The notes under the pieces: generated by a model
Told to the model about the DNA's origin: nothing
Database searches by the model: none
The model's input: only the letters and a program-made list of their open reading frames with translations
From: Auanema rhodensis
Taxonomy: Eukaryota > Animalia > Nematoda
Direction of reading: 5' to 3'
Assembly: GCA_964057225.1 (NCBI GenBank)
Contig: OZ059894.1
Span: 310,001 to 374,000, forward strand
Length of the DNA stretch: 64,000 nt
Shown: one piece after another, positions 15,056 through 24,800 of the stretch
Numbering within the stretch: the first letter of the stretch is position 1
How the letters are laid out: every line of letters starts with the position of its first letter
Translations under genes and position numbers: made by a program

Positions 15056-17322
15056 AGACTAATATGGACATGGGGAATCTAATTTTGAAAACCGCATCTC
15101 TTTATCTTTCACGTGAAGCGAGTTACATACCAAGTGCACATCACGTGTACATTTAATTAGCATAAATTAAAGTTCACGTAAATTTCAAAGTCATGGTTAC
15201 CATGAACCAATATCAATAAAAATTTGTTTTTAGACTAATATGGACATGGGGAATCTAATTTTGAAAACCGCATCTCTTTATCTTTCACGTGAAGCGAGTT
15301 ACATACCAAGTGCACATCACGTGTACATTTAATTAGCATAAATCAAAGTTCACGTAAATTTCAAAGTCATGGTTACCATGAACCAATATCAATAAAAATT
15401 TGTTTTTAGACTAATATGGACATGGGGAATCTAATTTTGAAAACCGCATCTCTTTATCTTTCACGTGAAGCGAGTTACATACCAAGTGCACATCACGTGT
15501 ACATTTAATTAGCATAAATCAAAGTTCACGTAAATTTCAAAGTCATGGTTACCATGAACCAATATCAATAAAAATTTGTTTTTAGACTAATATGGACATG
15601 GGGAATCTAATTTTGAAAACCGCATCTCTTTATCTTTCACGTGAACCGAGTTACATACCAAGTGCACATCACGTGTACATTTAATTAGCATAAATTAAAG
15701 TTCACGTAAATTTCAAAGTCATGGTTACCATGAACCAATATCAATAAAAATTTGTTTTTAGACTAATATGTACATGGGGAATTTTATTTTGAAAACCGCA
15801 TCTCTTTATCTTTCACGTGAAGCGAGTTACATACCAAGTGCACATCACGTGTACATTTAATTAGCATAAATTAAAGTTCACGTAAATTTCAAAGACATGG
15901 TTACCATGAACCAATATCAATGAAAATTTGTTTTTAGACTAATATGGACATGGGGAATCTAATTTTGAAAACCGCATCTCTTTATCTTTCACGTGAAGCG
16001 AGTTACATACCAAGTGCACATCACGTGTACATTTAATTAGCATAAATTAAAGTTCACGTAAATTTCAAAGTCATTGTTACCATGCACCAATATCAATAAA
16101 AATTTGTTTTTAGACTAATATGGACATGGGGAATCTTATTTTGAAAACCGCATCTCTTTATCTTTCACGTGAAGCGAGTTACATACCAAGTGCACATCAC
16201 GTGTACATTTAATTAGCATAAATTAAAGTTCACGTAAATTTCAAAGTCATGGTTACCATGCACCAATATCAATAAAAATTTGTTTTTAGACTAATATGAA
16301 CATGGGGAATCTAATTTTGAAAACCGCATCTCTTTATCTTTCACGTGAAGCGAGTTACATACCAAGTGCACATCACGTGTACATTTAATTAGCATAAATT
16401 AAAGTTCACGTAAATTTTAAAGACATGGTTACCATGAACCAATATCAATGAAAATTTGTTTTTAGACTAATATGGACATGGGGAATCTAATTTTGAAAAC
16501 CGCATCTCTTTATCTTTCACGTGAAGCGAGTTACATACCAAGTGCACATCACGTGTACATTTAATTAGCATAAATTAAAGTTCACGTAAATTTCAAAGTC
16601 ATGGTTACCATGCACCAATATCAATAAAAATTTGTTTTTAGACTAATATGGACATGGGGAATCTTATTTTGAAAACCGCATCTCTTTATCTTTCACGTGA
16701 AGCGAGTTACATACAAAGTGCACATCACGTGTACATTTAATTAGCATAAATTAAAGTTCACGTAAATTTCAAAGTCATGGTTACCATGCACCAATATCAA
16801 TAAAAATTTGTTTTTAGACTAATATGGACATGGGGAATCTAATTTTGAAAACCGCATCTCTTTATCTTTCACGTGAAGCGAGTTACATACCAAGTGCACA
16901 TCACGTGTACATTTAATTAGCATAAATTAAAGTTCACGTAAATTTCAAAGTCATGGTTACCATGAACCAATATCAATGAAAATTTGTTTTTAGACTAATA
17001 TGGACATGGGGAATCAAATTTTGAAAACCGCATCTCTTTATCTTTCACGTGAAGCGAGTTACATACCAAGTGCACATCACGTGTACATTTAATTAGCATA
17101 AATTAAAGTTCACGTAAATTTCAAAGTCATGGTTACCATGCACCAATATCAATAAAAATTTGTTTTTAGACTAATATGGACATGGGGAATCTAATTTTGA
17201 AAACCGCATCTCTTTATCTTTCCTTCCGCGATTTGACCTCGCCTTGGTTGGTCGACTCCTGCTCGTGTCTCTCTGTATCCCATAACGCCGGACTGGTTTT
17301 GCAAGGTACGCTCTCTTTTTTT

Positions 17323-17440
17323 TTTCTTCTTCTCTTTTTTTTTATCTTTCTTCAACTTTCTTCTTCTCTTTTTTTTTATCTTTCTTCAACTTTCTTCTTC
17401 TCTTTTTTTTTATCTTTCTTCAACTTTCTTCTTCTCTTTT
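17323..17440 (+). repeat. 34-bp pyrimidine-rich minisatellite (~3.5 copies) in the LINE 5'UTR
   Basis: ATCTTTCTTCAACTTTCTTCTTCTC(T)n starts at 17344, 17378 and 17412, with a partial unit upstream. Confidence 0.9.
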
Positions 17441-17459
17441 CTTTTCTTCCTGTTATTTC

Positions 17460-17484
17460 ATATATATATATATATTTTTTTTTT
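17460..17484. repeat. (AT)8 microsatellite followed by a T tract in the 5'UTR
   Basis: ATATATATATATATAT then TTTTTTTTT read directly. Confidence 0.85.
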
Positions 17485-17509
17485 ATTTTCTCTGCTCTTT
17501 CACTTAAGT

Positions 17510-18577
17510 ATGTCTCCCGTAACTAACGAGTTTCTTACTACTGCTCTCGAATCACTTTCTGACTCCCTACATAATTCTTTTGCTGAATTATCAGTACAAA
17601 TAAAAAATGAGCTCAGTAGTATTAAAACCGCAGTTGCAAAGCATGACTCCCGTATAACTTTTATAGAAACCGATTTCAAATCTCGTTTCGAAAAGTTAGA
17701 GAAAAAGTTAGCTCAACTTTCTCTCACCAGTACTAACACACTCTCAAATTCACCCTCTTTGCTCTCTTCCTCCAATGTTGCATGTCAAATTCAAAAAATT
17801 AGATCAGAAGAGACAAAGTATGATTATCGATGTAAGAGAGCACTCTGGTTCCGTGTACCGGTCTCTTCCTCGGATTTACCTTCTGACCCTACTTCTTTAC
17901 TTAAACTGGTCATTGAAAAATCCAACGACGCTACTTTGTCTAGTCTGATCAATACTAATCAAATAACTATTGCACGCTGTATCCTCAAATCTAAATCTCC
18001 CGGTCCACTCATCATCACGTGTCCATCGGTTGAATTGCGAGATAAAATTATGACATCTATCAAAACGAATAAAACTAAATGTTTTGAATCTTTATCCAAA
18101 ACTTTCATACGTCGCGACTATCTTCCTTTTGAAATTCAACTGGAAAAGAACCTTCGTGAGGAAGCTAAAGAAAAAAATAAAAACAACACTAAGTCCGTCT
18201 TTTTGGTACGAGATCTCCGACTCATTGAAGTTTTCCGTAATTCGACCGATTCTCCAAATTCCCAAATAGCTCCTGTCCCTGCTTGTAACCAAACTCCCAA
18301 ATCACCATGCCTTCACACTGCTCCTTTATTAACACCACACTCTCAAACACTCACGTCTCCAATTCTTTTATCTAGCCCCCCTTGTAAATCTGGTAGATTA
18401 AGCCGATCGAAGGATAGACAGAATCGCACGTCGAAAGATAAACGTTCTTCTGTTAGCCCAAGACGACGCAAAAATCCACCACGATCTGCAAAGTTAACCT
18501 CAGATCAAATAACCAGGTCTGTTAGCATGAACCCTGCATCTCAACGTGTCGCGTCTGACAAAATGTCCTTTCGTTAA
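17510..18577 (+). CDS. LINE ORF1 protein (355 aa), putative RNA-binding/chaperone
   Basis: ATG-initiated ORF directly upstream of EN-RT. N-terminal coiled-coil-like segment (LSVQIKNELSSIKTAV...FEKLEKKLAQL), central domain ending FIRRDYLPFEIQLEKNLREEAKEKN...FLVRDLRL that resembles ORF1s of invertebrate CR1-like elements, then a Ser/Pro-rich and basic tail. No CCHC zinc knuckle. Confidence 0.85.
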   Translation: MSPVTNEFLTTALESLSDSLHNSFAELSVQIKNELSSIKTAVAKHDSRITFIETDFKSRFEKLEKKLAQLSLTSTNTLSNSPSLLSSSNVACQIQKIRSEETKYDYRCKRALWFRVPVSSSDLPSDPTSLLKLVIEKSNDATLSSLINTNQITIARCILKSKSPGPLIITCPSVELRDKIMTSIKTNKTKCFESLSKTFIRRDYLPFEIQLEKNLREEAKEKNKNNTKSVFLVRDLRLIEVFRNSTDSPNSQIAPVPACNQTPKSPCLHTAPLLTPHSQTLTSPILLSSPPCKSGRLSRSKDRQNRTSKDKRSSVSPRRRKNPPRSAKLTSDQITRSVSMNPASQRVASDKMSFR

Positions 18578-21401
18578 CATTGTCTCGTCCTCAACCCCTC
18601 TTGTCTCTGCTAACCCTACCAGCTTCTCAGTTCAGTGTTTTAATGCACGATCCATCCTAAACAAACTTCATTCACTTTCTCACGTTATTTCCCTATCCTC
18701 TCCTGATATAATTGCTATATCAGAATCTTGGCTTTTTCCAGAGTTCGATTCCTACCTGCTCCCGTGCAAAGATACTTACTCTATTTTTAGAGCCGATAGG
18801 TGTCTTTCACGTGGTGGTGGCGTTGTCCTCTATGTGAAAAGTCATGTCAAAGTCTGTCTCCTTTCCTGCTCTTCCCCTCAATCTTCCATACAATTTATTA
18901 ACTTACTCATTCCTTCACTCAATGCTGTTTTTTCATTGTGTTATCGTCCTCCAACAGCGTCTCATTCAGACTTCATTCTTTTTCTTTCTGATCTTCGTAA
19001 ACAAATTTCTAGACGATCGTTCTTTCTAACAGGCGATCTTAATTTCCCTAAAATTAATTGGGATCTCGGTATTTGCTCACAACCTTGCTCCTCTAGTAAA
19101 TCTATTCTTCAATTTCTCAATGACTGCTGTTCTTATCAGTTAGTAAAATTCCCTACCAGAGGCAAGAACATTCTCGATTATGTTATCACGGATAACATAT
19201 CTAGTGTAGTCAACATAGCTCGTTCTTCTCCCCTCGGTTCCTCGGATCATCATTCTGTTGTCTTCCATATTGTTTCAGACACTTTTCAGCTAGCTACTGC
19301 AATCAACTCTTCCGATATTTCTTCCCCAGCAACACTTCCTATGTTTTCTGATCGTAATTTTCAAGCTGCCGATTACAACCTCATCAACCATAGACTAGCC
19401 AACATTGATTTTGCTAGTCATCTTTCCGGTCTCACTCCTTTAGACTCTTATTCCAAACTTATTCACATTCTTCACTCGGTCATTGATTGCTGCGTACCCA
19501 GGAAACAAGAAAGAAGAAAAAAGAAGATTGACCGAGATATTTTAAAACTCTCTTCTCACATAAACAAACTTAGTTCCTCTTATCATCATCATGATGAATC
19601 CCGCCGTAAAAAACTATCTCTTTCCCTTGATAAACTCATCAAGAATAGATTGGCTTCTGAAGAGGAACGTATTGCTAACTATAACAATTCAAAACTTTTT
19701 TACCGTTTCTGCAGAACTCGTCTGGGCGGCAACACTTCAGATATCCCTGATCTCAAAATAGATAATAATTCTGTCTCGTCTGATTCTGACAAAGCTTCTA
19801 TCTTTGCCAGTACCTTCTCTGTCCACCCTCTTTCTATCTCTTCAGCACATGCTCCTGTTTCCCCTTCTTCTGGTATCATCGATTTTATTGATGTTTCCCC
19901 TCTCAACGTCTACAAAATTCTCTGTCAGTTACCTCTCCGGGTATCAACCTCTCCGGACGGAATTCCTTATTTTTTCCTAAAAAACTGTGCTTCTACTATT
20001 TCTCAGCCTCTAGCCTTTGTCTTTCACAATCTTCTTATTTCTTCTTCTTGCCCTGCTGACTGGAAAACAGCATGGATTCGTCCTGTTCTCAAATCAGGGC
20101 TTTCTTCAAACCCGGTTAATTATCGCCCTATTTCTCTCACATCCAGTCTGTCTAAAGTTTTTGAACGTCTTCTCCGTTCACCTCTTCTTGATTTTGGTAT
20201 TTCCTCCGGCTGTATTTCACCTAATCAGTTTGCTTTTCTTCCAAAACGCAATACTGTATCGGCAATTCTTAGTAGTCATGTACTCTGGAGATCTTCAGTG
20301 GACAAGAAAAGACCTGTTTATGTTGCCTTCATTGACTTCTCCAAGGCTTTCGATCTTATAAATCATTCTGTTCTTTTAACTAAACTGAAATCAATTGGTA
20401 TCGACGGCTGTATTCACTCCTTTCTCAAAAATTTCATTACTGATAGATCCTTCTCGGTATTGGTTAATTATTCTCTATCCGCCACAAATCGTTTGCCCTG
20501 TGGAGTTCCACAAGGGACAGTTCTGGGTCCACTTCTTTTTCTATTTTACATAAATGACATCACATCAAACTTACCCGATGACGTGCATCCAACTCTCTAT
20601 GCGGATGATCTTAAACTAAGCAGCACTAATCCTGTAAGTTTACAATTGGCCTTGGATAACCTGAAAAACTGGTGTCTATTAAACGGTATGAAGGTAAATA
20701 CTACTAAATCTAAAGTTATGATTATATCTAGTACTACTACATCAAGATTAAACACAATTTTCAAATTTGGCGACATCTCGTTAGCCACAGTAACAACGTA
20801 CAAAGATCTTGGTGTATGTACTGACTATAATCTTTCTTTCAATAGCCATATAAATAGAATCTCTAACATCGCTGCTCACAAATGTCGTGTTATCTTGCGT
20901 TGTTTTTACTCAAGATCACCTACCTTGATGTTTAAACTGTTTTGCTGCTATATCAGGCCTATTTTAGAATATGCCTCAGTTGTATGGTCCCCTCAAAATA
21001 ACAAAGATAAAGCACGCATTGAGTCCGTACAAAAAAAGTTCTTAAACGCTATTTTTAAGAGAGCCGAAATAGCTTTGGATTACAAAAACCAGCTATTGTT
21101 TCTTGGAGCTAAGGAACTATCTTTTAGAAGACTGTTAATTGATCTCGTCTTCTATCACAATCAGATAACTAAAAACATTCCAGAAAACAGCCTTAATTTT
21201 TTTACTATCAAGCACTACGCACATTCACTTCGTAGGCATCTATGGAATGTTGAATATCCTGATCTTTGGAGAAGCGAAACAAGAACTGGAATTGAATACA
21301 GAGCTATTCAAATCTGGAACGCTCTTCCTGAAAACATCATTCAACTGAGAAACACCTCCAGCTTCAGAAAACACCTATCTGTTATTTTAAATGATTTTTA
21401 A
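18546..21401 (+). CDS. LINE ORF2: apurinic-like endonuclease plus reverse transcriptase (true start uncertain; probably reached by +1 frameshift at 18566-18574)
   Basis: EN motifs: FNARS, IAISESWL, RGGGVVLYV, YRPP, TGDLN, PTRGKNILD, SSDH. RT motifs: SPDGIP, YRPISLTSSLSKVFE, QFAF, FIDFSKAFD, GVPQGTVLGP, YADD, KDLGV. Frame is open from 18531; the track start at 18546 is GTG; first in-frame ATG is at 19341 (residue 266), after the EN domain. Confidence 0.95.
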   Translation: MSRLTKCPFVNIVSSSTPLVSANPTSFSVQCFNARSILNKLHSLSHVISLSSPDIIAISESWLFPEFDSYLLPCKDTYSIFRADRCLSRGGGVVLYVKSHVKVCLLSCSSPQSSIQFINLLIPSLNAVFSLCYRPPTASHSDFILFLSDLRKQISRRSFFLTGDLNFPKINWDLGICSQPCSSSKSILQFLNDCCSYQLVKFPTRGKNILDYVITDNISSVVNIARSSPLGSSDHHSVVFHIVSDTFQLATAINSSDISSPATLPMFSDRNFQAADYNLINHRLANIDFASHLSGLTPLDSYSKLIHILHSVIDCCVPRKQERRKKKIDRDILKLSSHINKLSSSYHHHDESRRKKLSLSLDKLIKNRLASEEERIANYNNSKLFYRFCRTRLGGNTSDIPDLKIDNNSVSSDSDKASIFASTFSVHPLSISSAHAPVSPSSGIIDFIDVSPLNVYKILCQLPLRVSTSPDGIPYFFLKNCASTISQPLAFVFHNLLISSSCPADWKTAWIRPVLKSGLSSNPVNYRPISLTSSLSKVFERLLRSPLLDFGISSGCISPNQFAFLPKRNTVSAILSSHVLWRSSVDKKRPVYVAFIDFSKAFDLINHSVLLTKLKSIGIDGCIHSFLKNFITDRSFSVLVNYSLSATNRLPCGVPQGTVLGPLLFLFYINDITSNLPDDVHPTLYADDLKLSSTNPVSLQLALDNLKNWCLLNGMKVNTTKSKVMIISSTTTSRLNTIFKFGDISLATVTTYKDLGVCTDYNLSFNSHINRISNIAAHKCRVILRCFYSRSPTLMFKLFCCYIRPILEYASVVWSPQNNKDKARIESVQKKFLNAIFKRAEIALDYKNQLLFLGAKELSFRRLLIDLVFYHNQITKNIPENSLNFFTIKHYAHSLRRHLWNVEYPDLWRSETRTGIEYRAIQIWNALPENIIQLRNTSSFRKHLSVILNDF
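18566..18577 (+). promoter_or_regulatory. Candidate +1 programmed ribosomal frameshift site UCC_UUU_CGU followed by UAA
   Basis: Last ORF1 codons read TCC TTT CGT TAA in frame. ORF2 is in the +1 frame and reads TTC GTT AAC here. The motif and phase match the influenza A PA-X shift site. Confidence 0.7.
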
Positions 21402-21875
21402 CCTGCTCTGATTAATGTAACTTGAAATCTTGCTCATGTATATTTTTTTTTTCCATATTACTAGCCTGCTAGCCTCACTGCATGTTATAGTTAGACAGTT
21501 TCCTAGTTAACCTCCGAGACCTGTTACTATGCTCCGAATCCTATAGACATTAGTCATATGGATCAAGCGTTAGTTACCTCTTACTGTCAGAACGGGCTCG
21601 ACTCATGTCAAGAGTTCCACCGCACCTGTCAGAATACTACAGAGGTCAGTGATCTACACTGAACAACTTTTCTCTCCTCTACCTAACTAGAACTTCGAAA
21701 CTTTAACACACCAGTAGTGCTGTACGCTATCATAATAAAAGGAAATATGCACGACTCGTTTCTTTACATATATCTAGCCAATTATTATGTATGTTTGTAT
21801 TGTAAGGTTCTTCTGTATATCTACAATTTTCTCTATTTATTAACATTATTTCCGCTTTCAACCTGTGATTCGAAC

Positions 21876-21881
21876 AATAAA
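21876..21881 (+). promoter_or_regulatory. Polyadenylation-signal-like AATAAA at the element 3' terminus
   Basis: AATAAA lies 9 nt before the 3' junction. No poly(A) tail follows; the element ends CCCGTTCAA. Confidence 0.6.
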
Positions 21882-21890
21882 CCCGTTCAA

Positions 21891-24800
21891 ACGTGTACAT
21901 TTAATTAGCATAAATTAAAGTTCACGTAAATTTCAAAGTCATGGTTACCATGCACCAATATCAATAAAAATTTGTTTTTAGACTAATATGTACATGGGGA
22001 ATTTTATTTTGAAAACCGCATCTCTTTATCTTTCACGTGAAGCGAGTTACATACCAAGTGCACATCACGTGTACATTTAATTAGCATAAATTAAAGTTCA
22101 CGTAAATTTCAAAGTCATGGTTACCATGCACCAATATCAATAAAAATTTGTTTTTAGACTAATATGGACATGGGGAATCTAATTTTGAAAACCGCATCTC
22201 TTTATCTTTCACGTGAAGCGAGTTACATACCAAGTGCACATCACGTGTACATTTAATTAGCATTAATTAAAGTTCACGTAAATTTCAAAGTCATGGTTAC
22301 CATGAACCAATATCAATAAAAATTTGTTTTTAGACTAATATGGACATGGGGAATCTGATTTTGAAAACCGCATCTCTTTATCTTTCACGTGAAGCGAGTT
22401 ACATACCAAGTGCACATCACGTGTACATTTAATTAGCATAAATTAAAGTTCACGTAAATTTCAAAGTCATGGTTACCATGAACTAATATCAATAAAAATT
22501 TGTTTTTAGACTAATATGGACATGGGGAATCTAATTTTGAAAATCGCATCTCTTTATCTTTCACGTGAAGCGAGTTACATACCAAGTGCACATCACGTGT
22601 ACATTTAATTAGCATAAATTAAAGTTCACGTAAATTTCAAAGTCATGGTTACCATGAACCAATATCAATAAAAATTTGTTTTTAGACTAATATGGACATG
22701 GGGAATCTAATTTTGAAAACCGCATCTCTTTATCTTTCACGTGAAGCGAGTTACATACCAAGTGCACATCACGTGTACATTTAATTAGCATAAATCAAAG
22801 TTCACGTAAATTTCAAAGTCATGGTTACCATGAACCAATATCAATAAAAATTTGTTTTTAGACTAATATGGACATGGGGAATCTAATTTTGAAAACCGCA
22901 TCTCTTTATCTTTCACGTGAACCGAGTTACATACCAAGTGCACATCACGTGTACATTTAATTAGCATAAATTAAAGTTCACGTAAATTTCAAAGTCATGG
23001 TTACCATGAACCAATATCAATAAAAATTTGTTTTTAGACTAATATGGACATGGGAAATCTAATTTTGAAAACCGCATCTCTTTATCTTTCACGTGAAGCG
23101 AGTTACATACCAAGTGCACATCACGTGTACATTTAATTAGCATAAATTAAAGTTCACGTAAATTTCAAAGTCATGGTTACCATTAACCAATATCAATAAA
23201 AATTTGTTTTTAGACTAATATGGACATGGGGAATCTAATTTTGAAAACCGCATCTCTTTATCTTTCACGTGAAGCGAGTTACATACCAAGTGCACATCAC
23301 GTGTACATTTAATTAGCATAAATTAAAGTTCACGTAAATTTCAAAGTCATGGTTACCATGCACCAATATCAATAAAAATTTGTTTTTAGACTAATATGAA
23401 CATGTGGAATCTAATTTTGAAAACCGCATCTCTTTATCTTTCACGTGAAGCGAGTTACATACCAAGTGCACATCACGTGTAAATTTAATTAGCATAAATT
23501 AAAGTTCACGTAAATTTCAAAGTCATGGTTACCATGAACCAATATCAATGAAAATTTGTTTTTAGACTAATATGTACATGGGGAATTTTATTTTGAAAAC
23601 CGCATCTCTTTATCTTTCACGTGAAGCGAGTTACATACCAAGTGCACATCACGTGTACATTTAATAAGCATAAATTAAAGTTCACGTAAATTTCAAAGTC
23701 ATGGTTACCATGAACTAATATCAATAAAAATTTGTTTTTAGACTAATATGGACATGGGGAATCTAATTTTGAAAACCGCATCTCTTTATCTTTCACGTGA
23801 AGCGAGTTACATACCAAGTGCACATCACGTGTACATTTAATTAGCATAAATTAAAGTTCACGTAAATTTCAAAGTCATGGTTACCATGAACCAATATCAA
23901 TAAAAATTTGTTTTTAGACTAATATGGACATGGGGAATCTAATTTTGAAAACCGCATCTCTTTATCTTTCACGTGAAGCGAGTTACATACCAAGTGCACA
24001 TCACGTGTACATTTAATTAGCATAAATTAAAGTTCACGTAAATTTCAAAGTCATGGTTACCATGCACCAATATCAATAAAAATTTGTTTTTAGACTAATA
24101 TGAACATGGGGAATCTAATTTTGAAAACCGCATCTCTTTATCTTTCACGTGAAGCGAGTTACATACCAAGTGCACATCACGTGTAAATTTAATTAGCATA
24201 AATCAAAGTTCACGTAAATTTCAAAGTCATGGTTACCATGAACCAATATCAATGAAAATTTGTTTTTAGACTAATATGTACATGGGGAATTTTATTTTGA
24301 AAACCGCATCTCTTTATCTTTCACGTGAAGCGAGTTACATACCAAGTGCACATCACGTGTACATTTAATTAGCATAAATTAAAGTTCACGTAAATTTCAA
24401 AGTCATGGTTACCATGAACCAATATCAATAAAAATTTGTTTTTAGACTAATATGGACATGGGGAATCTAATTTTGAAAACCGCATCTCTTTATCTTTCAC
24501 GTGAAGCGAGTTACATACCAAGTGCACATCACGTGTACATTTAATTAGCATTAATTAAAGTTCACGTAAATTTCAAAGTCATGGTTACCATGAACCAATA
24601 TCAATAAAAATTTGTTTTTAGACTAATATGGACATGGGGAATCTAATTTTGAAAACCGCATCTTTTTATCTTTCACGTGAAGCGAGTTACATACCAAGTG
24701 CACATCACGTGTAAATTTAATTAGCATAAATTAAAGTTCACGTAAATTTCAAAGTCATGGTTACCATGAACCAATATCAATGAAAATTTGTTTTTAGACT

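Larger units (their letters stand above)
12144..15400. repeat. 10-monomer tandem duplication (1,720 bp) containing a 136-bp deletion monomer
   Basis: Rare variants pair at exactly 1,720 bp: 12161/13881 (GAGAATC), 12881/14601 (AATTCGCATCACT), 13081/14801 (GTGAATCG), 13321/15041 (40-bp deletion), 13621/15341 (AATCAAAG). Boundaries approximate. Confidence 0.9.
1..17222. repeat. 176-bp tandem satellite DNA array, left arm (~98 monomers; runs off the window start)
   Basis: AGACTAATATGGACATGGGGAATC... recurs at 1, 177, 353, 529 etc. (period 176). Monomers typically differ by only a few substitutions and all have the same orientation. The last monomer starts at 17168 and is cut after monomer position 55. 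Confidence 0.99.
17223..21890 (+). mobile_element. Apparently full-length non-LTR retrotransposon (LINE), CR1-type with APE endonuclease, 4,668 bp, inserted in the satellite
   Basis: Unique sequence with sharp boundaries against satellite. 287-bp 5'UTR, ORF1, uninterrupted ORF2 with EN and RT motifs, 489-bp 3'UTR ending AATAAACCCGTTCAA. No LTRs, integrase or RNase H seen. Clade call rests on motif style (QGTVLGPLLFLFYIND, YKDLGV, YIRPILEYASVVWSP), not on a tree. Confidence 0.93.

Noticed and set aside
17176-17526. 116-aa ORF crossing the satellite/LINE junction
   Set aside because: It starts at a satellite ATG and runs through a pyrimidine tract that lacks stops by composition (Phe/Leu/Ser-rich); a junction artefact, though it could act as an upstream ORF on read-through RNA.
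18013-18813. Satellite-like words inside the LINE (CATCACGTGT at 18013, TCTTTCACGTG at 18803, also TTTATCTTTC in the 5'UTR repeat)
   Set aside because: Matches of 10-11 bp between a 176-bp monomer and 4.7 kb of AT-rich sequence are near chance level and are not collinear, so there is no evidence the satellite derives from the element or guides it.
18084-21908. Short alternate-frame or antisense ORFs (18084, 18092, 18844, 19700, 20017, 20597, 21717)
   Set aside because: 61-114 aa, no recognisable motifs, overlapping real LINE ORFs or the 3'UTR; expected by chance.
17200-21910. Target-site duplication, LTRs or terminal inverted repeats
   Set aside because: None found; the flanks are non-overlapping parts of the monomer and the element ends are dissimilar.
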